A stretch of DNA of 64,000 nucleotides, taken from the NCBI GenBank assembly GCA_964619725.1, contig CAZUFC010000008.1, positions 61,941 to 125,940 of the forward strand, read 5' to 3'. This document shows, in pieces, positions 26,371 through 36,400 of this stretch (positions are counted from its first letter, which is position 1; each line of letters starts with the position of its first letter). The stretch comes from an uncultured bacterium. GTDB lineage: Bacteria > CSSED10-310 > CAZUFC01. The position numbers and the translations under genes are program-made. The notes under the pieces were generated by a model. That model made no database searches. It saw only the letters and a list, made by a program, of their open reading frames with translations, and was not told the origin of the DNA.

Positions 26371-28860
26371 ATGAAAGAGCAAAAGCAAAATGTGTGGTTG
26401 ATCCGGTTAATTGCTGCGGCCTTGTTTCTTATTCCCTGGGCGTTGTACCTTAAAACTTCCGTAATGGTCGTTTATACTGCCGATAACGGAGAATTGGTTT
26501 CGACGGCCTTCAATCTCGGCGCTCCTCATCCCACTGGATACACGGCCTACAATATTCTGGGGAGGCTCTTTTTTTTCTTACCCTTTGCAGCCATTCCCTC
26601 GCGCCTGGCAATCATGTCTGCTTTTTTTGCATCAATGAGCGTTCTGTTGATGTTTAAATTGATGAGGGATTTTTTCGGTTCGACGGCGGCTGCCGCAGCA
26701 GGCGCATTTATGGCTGCCCTGGCGCAGATATATTGGGACCAGGCTACAGTCGGAGAAGTTTATTCTCTTCATATATTTTTGATGCTGCTGGTCATCGACA
26801 GATTCGAATACGCCTTGAAAACGAAAGACCGCAGACACTGGTATTTTCTGGCATTCCTGCTTTCGCTCGCAGTAGGGCATCATATGCTGACGCTGCTTAT
26901 CGGTCCGGCCCTGCTTTTCCGCTTCATTCAAAAGAAAGGTTACAGACTGCTTAAAACGATCAATCCTCTGTTGCTGATCTTCTTTTTTATTCTGGGTTAT
27001 TCCATGGTCATTTATATCGCCATGAGATACGACAAAACCAAGATGGTGCAATGGGGCGATCTGTCCAGGTATCCCATGTTCATAAGGCATATTCTGGGCC
27101 GCAGGTTCCATCATCTGGCATCCAGCGTCAACCAGGACTTCCTTTTGGGCCGGATTAGCATGTACATTCAAAATTTCTTTTCACAATTTTCCGCCGTGCT
27201 CGTCATTCCCGTCATTATAGGCGTTTATCGCCTTATTCGCAAAAACCTCATGCTGTTCATCTATCTCTTCCTTATCTACGTCACAGACCTGATTTTTGCC
27301 TTGAATTATCAGGTTAAAGACATAGAGGTATTCTTCCTGCAGGGTTTCGTAATGCTGGCTTTTTTCTCTGTGCCCGGCTGGAAAAAAATATTTCAGCCCT
27401 TGATGACATCGCGGGTTTCTCCAGGAGAAGCGAAATCGCCGGAGGTGAAAAACAGATTCAGGAAAGCCCTGATTCCCATCGCAGGATTGATTCTGCTAGT
27501 CGTTCCGTTGACGAAAAATTATTATCAGAACAACAAGGAAGACAACTTCATCATACACGATTATTCCGTCAATATCCTTAATTCCTTACCCACAAAAGCG
27601 CTTCTGCTTACTCAGGGATGGAGCTTTCCCTTTGTTTTTTTCTATAACCAGGAGGTCCTTGATTACAGGCCGGACCTGGATATTCTGATCGATAATCACG
27701 GCAATTACCTGGAAAAATTGCTCAGGGTTCCCGTGCTGCCGCCGATATACACTGATATACCGCTGCCCATTCAGGCTTTGAAGGAACCTCAGAAACCCTT
27801 CGGTTTCGTTTACCATGTGGGAACTCATTATCCCTTCAATAAGGAAGAAGCGATAGGCTTATGGAGACATTTCCGCATAAGAGGTCTTTACAGTGATGCC
27901 GTTTACAAGGACTTCCACAACAGGGCTCTGACGGCCATGCATTACATTATGTGGGGCGAGCGCTTGTTGCTGGAAGACCGTCGCGAGGAAGCCAGGGTGG
28001 CGTTTCGCGAAGCGGAAAGACTCAGCCTGGGCAACCAGTATCTGTGGAACTTCCTGGCTTGCCTTTATCTGAGAGAAAAAGAGTATCAGAAGGCGGAGTT
28101 AATGTGCAGACAGGCTTTGAAAAACAATCCGGATTTCATAACGGCCAAATTCAACCTGGCCTCCATTCTTCAAAAATCAGGCCGCGAGCTGGAGGCTCTC
28201 CGTTTATGGAAAGAACTCGAATCGACAGGATATAAAAGATTATCCTACCAGACCATCGGCGAAATATTCCTTAAAAACGGCGAATACGACAAGGCCGTCG
28301 ATCTCCTGGAAAAGGCTAATCTCGCTCATCCCAATACCCTTGAAATTATGAACAACCTGGGACTCGCCTACAGTTATTCAAGACAATTCGATAGAGCTGA
28401 AGTGATTTTTAAAAGAGCCTTGAGGATTAATTTCAATGATCCGAAAATTTATAATAACCTGGGCAGCGTCTACATGGCGCAGGAACAACACGATATAGCC
28501 ATTAAAACTTTCCGGCAGGCTCTGAGAATCGAACCGGGTTTCCGCGAACCGCAGCTTAATCTCGGAATTATTGCCGCAAGAATAGGTGATTATAAAAAAG
28601 CCGAAGAGATTTTTAACTCGCTTCTGTCAGAAAACATGCGTGATTATGAGGCGCTCAATAATTTGGCTCTGTTGAAAATGAATACCGGGGATGCCCGGAC
28701 TGCAGAAAAATTGTGGACTGAATCATTGAAAATTAATCCCCGACAGCCGCACATCGCATCGAATCTGGATGCCATTGAGGGAGACAAAGGTCATATTCTG
28801 GAAAGTTACAGCCCTCCGGAAAGAGTCATGATCGACACATTGAGGACTTTCAGTCCCTGA
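26371..28860 (+). CDS. DUF2723 / TMEM260-like GT-C glycosyltransferase with TPR repeats
   Basis: ADNGELVSTAFNLGAPHPTGY matches the DUF2723 (D.GE...LG..HP.GY) motif; QATVGEVYSL, GHH; C-terminal TPR array; start uncertain (ORF open from 26182). Confidence 0.85.
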   Translation: MKEQKQNVWLIRLIAAALFLIPWALYLKTSVMVVYTADNGELVSTAFNLGAPHPTGYTAYNILGRLFFFLPFAAIPSRLAIMSAFFASMSVLLMFKLMRDFFGSTAAAAAGAFMAALAQIYWDQATVGEVYSLHIFLMLLVIDRFEYALKTKDRRHWYFLAFLLSLAVGHHMLTLLIGPALLFRFIQKKGYRLLKTINPLLLIFFFILGYSMVIYIAMRYDKTKMVQWGDLSRYPMFIRHILGRRFHHLASSVNQDFLLGRISMYIQNFFSQFSAVLVIPVIIGVYRLIRKNLMLFIYLFLIYVTDLIFALNYQVKDIEVFFLQGFVMLAFFSVPGWKKIFQPLMTSRVSPGEAKSPEVKNRFRKALIPIAGLILLVVPLTKNYYQNNKEDNFIIHDYSVNILNSLPTKALLLTQGWSFPFVFFYNQEVLDYRPDLDILIDNHGNYLEKLLRVPVLPPIYTDIPLPIQALKEPQKPFGFVYHVGTHYPFNKEEAIGLWRHFRIRGLYSDAVYKDFHNRALTAMHYIMWGERLLLEDRREEARVAFREAERLSLGNQYLWNFLACLYLREKEYQKAELMCRQALKNNPDFITAKFNLASILQKSGRELEALRLWKELESTGYKRLSYQTIGEIFLKNGEYDKAVDLLEKANLAHPNTLEIMNNLGLAYSYSRQFDRAEVIFKRALRINFNDPKIYNNLGSVYMAQEQHDIAIKTFRQALRIEPGFREPQLNLGIIAARIGDYKKAEEIFNSLLSENMRDYEALNNLALLKMNTGDARTAEKLWTESLKINPRQPHIASNLDAIEGDKGHILESYSPPERVMIDTLRTFSP

Positions 28861-29083
28861 TCGTTTTCGTTGATTTCGCTGAGAGCATGAGTCGTCTTAA
28901 ATTCATAAGAGAAATTGCAGCCGGGGGTATATCGACATCAAGCGGAAAGTCAGGGCAGGGCCGAATGAGAAAGGTCTTGCTTTGCCGGATAAGATAATTT
29001 TCGTAGTCGCTTGACAATAAAGGAAAAATATTATAAAAATAAATGAACAAAAGAGAATTTAAATAATATTGGGGAGTTCAATT

Positions 29084-31915
29084 GTGGGAAGACGGAAATT
29101 TGACATGGGGAGAAAAAACGTAAATTCGATACTCGAGACCGGCGATTGGAGCAACTATGACGATCTGCAGATCGTCATAGACGAAGCGATCAATACGGGA
29201 CGTTATTCGACCAAGGGATTCGTTGAATTATTGAACAAAGGGTACATGGAAACGAACGTCAAGAAGAAATCGGACCGTATCAGTGCGATTGAGGAGATTT
29301 TAATAAGGACGCAGAACGTCAAGGCCTGCGATGCGCTTTTGAATGTGTTGAAGACGGTAATCGACCGAGAGACGCGTGATGCGATAATCAGGATAACGTG
29401 TGAGCTGGGAGATTCCCGTCTGGATAAGCGGCTTGTATCGATGCTTCGGGACAAGAGCCGGCCTGTGCGTGATGCGGCGAACGTGATTTTAAAGCATATC
29501 GGCAGGCGTTCGACGTTTGAGTTATTGAAGTCGAGTTGTCTGGACAACGGGGGATGGGCTTCGAAGCGGGAAGCGATAGATGTTTTATATTATTTGGACC
29601 CGACCGAATCGATACCTGTTTTTTCAGAGATAATAGCTGAGGGGAACAAGGCTGAGGTACGTTTCGCGATAGAAAAGCTGTCGAAGATAAGGAACCGTCA
29701 GGCCAAGAAGGTAATTATAGAAGCGTCGAGGAATGAGAGCGCTCGCATACGGTTATGGGGGACGCAGGCGCTGGTAGAGATAAACGAACCCGAACTGACG
29801 GAAGAACTGATTCGATTAACAGGGGATGAGAACGTGAGTGTGGCGATGGCAGCGGTTGAGGGGTTGGAAAAGCAGAAAGGCAAGGAATCTATACAGTGTC
29901 TGGTTGAGCTTCTCGAAAATGACGACAACAGGCTTGTATCGAGATCGATTGATGCTTTGAAGCATGTAGGCGACGATTCAGCGATTGAACCGCTGGTGGA
30001 GAAACTCCGTTCACGGGATTTTTCGGTCAGGCACAGCACAATGGAGACACTGGTTCATCTGGGCAGGTCTCAGAGCGTCAATACCTGTAAAATGCTGGTG
30101 GATATCATGATGGACCCTGACGTCAACGTAAGGCGTTGCGCTGTGGAAGTCATCAGCAGTCTGGGCGCCGAGGGCGTGATGTGGGAATTGTTTCAGCATA
30201 TCAAGGATGAAGATTGGTGGGTACGCGAAAGAGTCGCCAATTTATTTTGTGAATTAAAAGATCACCGCATCATAGAACCGGTTATAGAACTTTTGAAAGA
30301 CCCCAGCACGAAAGTCCGGCGTTATGCGGTCGAAATTCTGAACAGTTTGCCGGACAAGCGAGCGATAAAACCATTGCTCGAATCTCTTACGGATGCCGAC
30401 TGGTGGATTCGTGAACGGGCGATTGAAGCTTTGGGTACGATTAAAGAAAAAAAAGTAACGCCTATCCTTATCAGAATCTTGAAATTCAGGGACTTGAATT
30501 GGGTGACCATCCATGCGCTGGGTGAAATAGGAAGTCCTGAAGCTTTTGAACCTCTGGAGAAGTTTCTATCAGACGAAAGAGAAGAAATACGCCTGGAAGC
30601 TCTGAAGGCTTTGGAAAAAATCAAGATGACGGAAAAGGCGCAGGACGAAATAATGAACCTTCTGAGCGATCCGGTGAAAGAAATAAGGATGAAAGCACGG
30701 GAAATATTGGGAAATTTGCTTGAGGATATAGATCGAAAAGCCGCCGAAGGCGAACAGGAATACAAGAAGAAATATCTCACGGAACTGGATAATTACCTGT
30801 TGGAAGTCAAAAAAACAGAGGCTTCAGACCTCTGCGTATCTCCTGATCGAAGACCTATGATGAAGAAGCACGGCGATATGATCGTTCTTTCTAATGAAAT
30901 AATAAAGCCGGAAAACACCAGAAGCATGTTGTTGAATATATGTCCCCCGGAAGTAAAAGAGGATTTCGGCCGTATACGTGATACTGATTTTTCATACGAG
31001 ATACCGGGCGAGGGGCGATTTCGGGTCAACATATGTCAGCAGAGAAACGGTATCGCCGGTTTTTTCCGCGTGACGCCGGAAAAACCGCCGACCATCGAAG
31101 AGCTGAAATTTCCCCAATCGGTGTATCACTTCACGAAATTACATCAGGGGCTGGTGTTGGTGACCGGGCCGACGGGTTGCGGGAAATCGACCACGCTGGC
31201 GGCTTTGGTGAATGAAATAAATGAAACGCGTTTCGAGCATATCATAACCATCGAAGACCCCATAGAATATATACATACGCCGAAGAACTGCATCATAAAC
31301 CAGAGAGAGCTGGGACAGGATACCTTATCTTTTTCGAATGCTTTGAGATCGGCATTGAGGGAGGACCCTGACATCATACTGGTGGGAGAGTTGCGTGATC
31401 TGGAGACGATATCGATGGCTATCACGGCTGCAGAGACGGGGCATCTCGTATTCGGAACGCTTCATACGACTGATGCGGCGAAAAGCGTTGATCGAATCAT
31501 TGATGTTTTTCCATCCTCGCAGACTGATCTCATCAGGACAATGCTGTCCGAATCGCTTGTTGGCGTCATCAGTCAGCAGCTTGTAAGGCAAAAGGAAGGC
31601 GGCATGATCGCTGCCATGGAAATTCTCATGACTTCGGCCGCTTTACGTAAAATGATCCGGGACGGAAAAACTTTCCAGATTCCTACCGTTATGATTACAG
31701 GTCAGGATGCGGGTATGCAGAGTATGGACCAGGCTTTGATGAAATTATACAAAAAGGGAATCATCACTATTGCCGAAGCCTACAGCCATGCCGTCTCGAA
31801 AAAAGAATTCGAAGATTACCTCAAGGAAGAGGGTCAAAACATGGAAAACTTCAAAGGGCAAGCGGATGAACTTGCCCAATTGTTAATGGAGGAGAACCAG
31901 AATGGCGAAAATTGA
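29084..31915 (+). CDS. pilT: HEAT-repeat-PilT fusion (type IV pilus retraction ATPase family)
   Basis: ~560 aa of HEAT/PBS-lyase repeats (D.D..VR..A..AL), then GPTGCGKST, EDPIE, ILVGELRD, GHLVFGTLH, ALRKMIRD; GTG 29084 follows GGGGAG. Confidence 0.9.
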   Translation: MGRRKFDMGRKNVNSILETGDWSNYDDLQIVIDEAINTGRYSTKGFVELLNKGYMETNVKKKSDRISAIEEILIRTQNVKACDALLNVLKTVIDRETRDAIIRITCELGDSRLDKRLVSMLRDKSRPVRDAANVILKHIGRRSTFELLKSSCLDNGGWASKREAIDVLYYLDPTESIPVFSEIIAEGNKAEVRFAIEKLSKIRNRQAKKVIIEASRNESARIRLWGTQALVEINEPELTEELIRLTGDENVSVAMAAVEGLEKQKGKESIQCLVELLENDDNRLVSRSIDALKHVGDDSAIEPLVEKLRSRDFSVRHSTMETLVHLGRSQSVNTCKMLVDIMMDPDVNVRRCAVEVISSLGAEGVMWELFQHIKDEDWWVRERVANLFCELKDHRIIEPVIELLKDPSTKVRRYAVEILNSLPDKRAIKPLLESLTDADWWIRERAIEALGTIKEKKVTPILIRILKFRDLNWVTIHALGEIGSPEAFEPLEKFLSDEREEIRLEALKALEKIKMTEKAQDEIMNLLSDPVKEIRMKAREILGNLLEDIDRKAAEGEQEYKKKYLTELDNYLLEVKKTEASDLCVSPDRRPMMKKHGDMIVLSNEIIKPENTRSMLLNICPPEVKEDFGRIRDTDFSYEIPGEGRFRVNICQQRNGIAGFFRVTPEKPPTIEELKFPQSVYHFTKLHQGLVLVTGPTGCGKSTTLAALVNEINETRFEHIITIEDPIEYIHTPKNCIINQRELGQDTLSFSNALRSALREDPDIILVGELRDLETISMAITAAETGHLVFGTLHTTDAAKSVDRIIDVFPSSQTDLIRTMLSESLVGVISQQLVRQKEGGMIAAMEILMTSAALRKMIRDGKTFQIPTVMITGQDAGMQSMDQALMKLYKKGIITIAEAYSHAVSKKEFEDYLKEEGQNMENFKGQADELAQLLMEENQNGEN

Positions 31916-32990
31916 TGCTTTTCTGGAAATGGTAGCGGACCAGGAGGCGTCCGATCTTCACCTTATTTCCGGATCGCAGCCCATGATCAGACATAACGGC
32001 ACCATTAAACCCATTCGTTTCCGAACTCTTACTTCAAATTACACATGGTACCTGATGGAAGAAATCATGACGCCCGAACAGAAAGAGGCATACAAGGAAA
32101 ATAAAGAGCATGATTTCGCCTACGCCATACCGGGTCTGGCGCGTTTCCGCGTCAATATATTCAACCAGAAAAACGGCATCAGCGCCGTCTTTCGGTTGAT
32201 ACCGGAGAAGATCATGTCTATCGAGGATTTGAATCTGCCTCCCGCCTTAAGACAGTTCGCTTTCATGAACAAAGGCATAGTGCTGGTGACGGGACCTACG
32301 GGAAGCGGAAAATCGACTACTCTCGCCGCTATCATTGATGTTATTAATTCCGAAAGAAAATGTCATATCATCACTATTGAAGACCCCGTCGAATTCGTTC
32401 ATCCTCCAAAGAAATCCCTTATTACACAAAGAGAAGTCGGGACAGACACAGCAACTTTCGCCAGCGCTTTAAGGTCCGCTTACCGGGAAGCTGCCGACGT
32501 CATCCTGGTCGGTGAGATGCGCGACCTTGAAACGATCTCACTGGCGCTTACGTGCGCTGAAACAGGATGCCTGGTTTTCGGCACTCTTCATACCATCTCA
32601 GCAGCTAAAACCGTCGACCGTATGATAGATGTCTTCCCTAAAGAGGCACAGGCTCAGGTCAGAACACAGATATCACTCAGTTTAAAAGGAGTTGTTGCGC
32701 AACAACTGCTTAAAAGAAAAGACGGAAAAGGGCGAATAGCCGCAGTCGAAATTCTTGTCGGCTCAGTAGCTCTGTCGAACCTCGTCAGAGAAGGAAAAAC
32801 TTTCCAGATAGAATCGCTTATCCAATCTGCAGATTATGAAAAAACAGGCATGCAGACCATTGACCAGGCGCTTGTCAGGTTGCTCGATCAGGACCTGGTC
32901 ACTCCAGAAGACGCCTACCTGAAAGCGCATCAGAAATTGGCATTCAAAGACCTTATCGAAAGAAAATATCAATTCGAAGACTCCGCATGA
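31902..32990 (+). CDS. pilT: Type IV pilus twitching motility ATPase PilT
   Basis: ASDLHL, RFRVN, GPTGSGKST, EDPVE, LVGEMRD, GTLHT, ALSNLVRE; overlaps upstream gene by 14 nt. Confidence 0.93.
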   Translation: MAKIDAFLEMVADQEASDLHLISGSQPMIRHNGTIKPIRFRTLTSNYTWYLMEEIMTPEQKEAYKENKEHDFAYAIPGLARFRVNIFNQKNGISAVFRLIPEKIMSIEDLNLPPALRQFAFMNKGIVLVTGPTGSGKSTTLAAIIDVINSERKCHIITIEDPVEFVHPPKKSLITQREVGTDTATFASALRSAYREAADVILVGEMRDLETISLALTCAETGCLVFGTLHTISAAKTVDRMIDVFPKEAQAQVRTQISLSLKGVVAQQLLKRKDGKGRIAAVEILVGSVALSNLVREGKTFQIESLIQSADYEKTGMQTIDQALVRLLDQDLVTPEDAYLKAHQKLAFKDLIERKYQFEDSA

Positions 32991-33082
32991 TCCATCTCCG
33001 TTTTCCCGATAATATTTTCCATTTCGATCCCGATACTGACCCCGATTACTGAAACAAACCGTCAAATGTTCTGAAAGAAGTT

Positions 33083-33136
33083 TAACCCCTCTTTGATCAG
33101 TCCCGTAAAAATTATAACCCCTGTTTGATCTGTGCC
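33083..33136. repeat. Dispersed 22-bp repeat, copies 2 and 3 in tandem (32-bp period)
   Basis: TAACCCCTCTTTGATCAGTCCC (33083) and TAACCCCTGTTTGATCTGTGCC (33115). Confidence 0.7.
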
Positions 33137-33337
33137 GACAGTTGTCATGCCGCCCAGGCATGTATTCAAAACTCAAAGAGCCTTTCTGCAGCGGCGTGCC
33201 GAGTTAAAAACGGCTTTGAGCTGAAACGCCGCTCAGAAGTTTGTTCAAAAAAACCAAAGAAAAACCGAAAACATTCCTTTTCGAGCGATAAGCTTCGGCT
33301 TGCGGGAGGATATATCCAGAAAAAAGCGCTAAGAATG

Positions 33338-33367
33338 TTGACTTCACAAATTTTATCATTATAAATT
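33338..33367 (+). promoter_or_regulatory. Putative sigma70 promoter of the giant protein gene
   Basis: TTGACT followed by TATAAA (16-nt spacer) or TAAATT (18-nt spacer) in an AT-rich region; AGGAGG RBS at the gene start. Confidence 0.45.
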
Positions 33368-33472
33368 AACGAAGGAAGTTATTGATCCTGCTGCAATAAA
33401 AATTCCAAAAAATTCATCATAAAAAATTAAAGAATAGAAATTTTAACTGCTTTAAATTTCAGGAGGCTAGGA

Positions 33473-36400
33473 ATGAGTAGGAGCAAGGGGGAATTTTCGA
33501 AATTATTTTTGACGATTATTTTATTATTTGCGGCGGGAGCATACGGCAATTTTGCATCAGGATCGCCGACGCCATCAGCGACGGTTGTGCCGACAGGTGA
33601 ACCCACGGAAGCATCGACTCAGATTGCGACCGAGGTTCCGACGCAGGTTCCGACGTTGACGCCGACATGCACGGCAACTATGCCGACGACCTGGAGCACG
33701 GACAGGGGGGAAAACTTAAAGGTTGCTGCGAGCGATGCGGGCCGCAGCAGTTACCGAATGATCCCGGACGATCTTGGCGGCTATATCGTGGTCTGGTATG
33801 AATCCGGAGAAGAGCAGGGAATATACGGACAGCGATTTGATGCGACCGGAGCGCGGATGTGGGGACCTGATGGGATCGAGGTATGTCCGAATGCTGTGAA
33901 TCCTTGGGGTCCGAAGATATGCACAGATGGAGCGGGCGGCGCTATTTGCCTTTGGTGGGATAATCAGGGTACATATGATCAGACCTGGATTCAGCGGATC
34001 GATGCATCAGGGAACCTTTCATGGGGCGAAGACGGTAATCTGATAAGTCCTTACAACGTTGATGCTGATTGTCCATTTATCGTTTCAGACGGAGCGGGCG
34101 GCGCTTATTCGGCCTTTTACGGATCGCAGGGCGTATATTGTCAAAGGGTCAGTTCAAGCGGGAACGTATTATGGACCACGCTTCTGGATGGTGACTCGAA
34201 CAACTGGGGAATAAAGCTTGAACAGGACGGCGCCGGCGGAGTCATACTGTCGTGGTCGTATGCGGACTCTGTGACCCAGGACGACGTGTATGTTCAAAGG
34301 CTGGACGGCAGCGGAGCGAAGTTATGGGGAAGCGAAGGTCTATGCGTATGCAATGAAGAAGACAATCAATATTGTTCGCGAATAATTTCGGACGGAGCCG
34401 GCGGAGGATTATTCATCTGGCGGGATCGCAGAGACGGATCGAACTACCGGATATATATTCAGAAGGTATTGGCGGATGGAACGGTTGCCTGGTCAGACGA
34501 TGGACTGGGCGTATTTTACGGAAATTCTCAGAGTTACGGACATGCTTTCGCATCGGACGGAGCGGGCGGAGCGATAGTAACGTGGTATTCCGGCAACGAC
34601 GGGAACATGTATGCCAGGCGGATCGATTCATCCGGTTATGACGTATGGGGAGAAGCCAGAGCCTTAACGGATCATGGATTGTTGAACGACGTATCAGATT
34701 CTCCCTATCAGACTGTCCAGGATGGAACTGGCGGCGTCATCACTGTATTCAACATTTATATTTCCGAGGAAACCCGTCATGAAATAGTCGCGCAGAGGAT
34801 CACGGGCGCGGGAACTCTGCCGTGGGGAATGAACGGGATAGTATTGAGCGATGCGACGCCGGGCAATAAGGGCTGTCCGCGAGCAGTCGGCTGCAGAGAG
34901 GGTGAAGGCGGAATGCTGGCGATATGGAACGACAGCCGGACAGGGACTTATGATATATATTTAATGGGGATCGACGTCAACGGCGTATTGGGAGCGCCAT
35001 GCTCGGAACCGGGAACCCCGACGCCTGTTTATACGATGACGCCTGAGCCGACGGGGAGTCCGGAGCCTGTGATGACGTGGAGTTCTGACTCCGATGTCAA
35101 CATGCGGGTAACTGATTCGGATTTCGATCAATTGAGTCACAGGATGATCGAAGACGGAGCGGGCGGATATATTATCGTTTACACTCAAGAGGACAACGGG
35201 ACGGACGACAATATTTACGCGCAGAAATTCAATGAATACGGCAACCGCGTTTGGGGACCTGAAGGGGCGCTCGTGGTCAGATACACCGGTTCGCAATGCA
35301 TACCGAAGTTATGTACGGACGGAGCGGGCGGAGCTATATGTTTCTGGGCCGATAACAGAAACGGAACTTATGAGGTATTTGGCCAGCACATCAACGAGGA
35401 CGGTGAGATACTATGGCCTGAATCCGGCATAAGGTTTTCAGAGCCCGGCGTCAATGCGGAGTGTCCCATAACTGCAGAGGACGGCCAGGGAGGCGCTTAC
35501 ATATTATTGGATTACGATTACAGTGGAGGACTTTGGTGTCAGAGAGTCAGCGGAGCCGGAGAGGTATTATGGCCGTCTCCTATTCAGTTATCATACAATA
35601 CGACTAATAATGTAAGTTCCAGGCACATTTTATCGGACCGCCAGGGCGGAGTGCTGTTAGTATGGTGCGAACCGAGACTGGACATGATGGATGATGTGTT
35701 TGTTCAGCGTCTGGCTCCTGATGGAACGAAGCTGTGGGGCGCCGGGGACTTATGCATCTGTGAGGCAGAAAATCATCAGACTTGTCCGCGGATATCGACT
35801 GACGGAACAGGCGCCGGGATATTCCTGTGGCAGGATTCCAGGGACGGCGTTAATGCGGCGCTTTATGCTCAGAAGGTATCGAGCGACGGGACAGTGGTCT
35901 GGGCTACGGATGGAGTCCAGGCCGCAAACGACAATATAGGTCAGGGCCACGCAATAGTGAGAGACTATTCAGGGGGAGCCATAGTCACGTATCGGGACAA
36001 TTCCGACAACAATATGTATGCTAATCGGATAGATTCGACCGGCGCTGCGGCGTGGGCAATGCCTGTTGCGTTAACCGATCATGGTGAGACGGACGTTGTT
36101 TCCTATCCTCCCCGGCAAGCAGTGGAGGACGGTTTAAACGGCGCCATAGCTGTATTTTCAGTTTACAATACGGTAACCGGTATCAACGAAGTGACGGCTC
36201 AACGAATAACGAGCGACGGTTCACTGCCGTGGGGCATCAACGGCATAGCGTTGAATACGAATGAGATGAGCTGGGGCGAGTGTGCGAGAGCGGTTCCCTG
36301 TTCATTAGGCGGCGGCGGTTGCTTTGCCTGCTGGCTTGACTACAGCGTGGGCAGTTATTTGACAGTAATGGGAATCGATCTTAACGGCAATTTAGGCGAT

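Noticed and set aside
33083-33136. Tandem 22-bp repeats as a mini CRISPR array
   Set aside because: Only two adjacent copies, a 10-nt spacer and no cas genes
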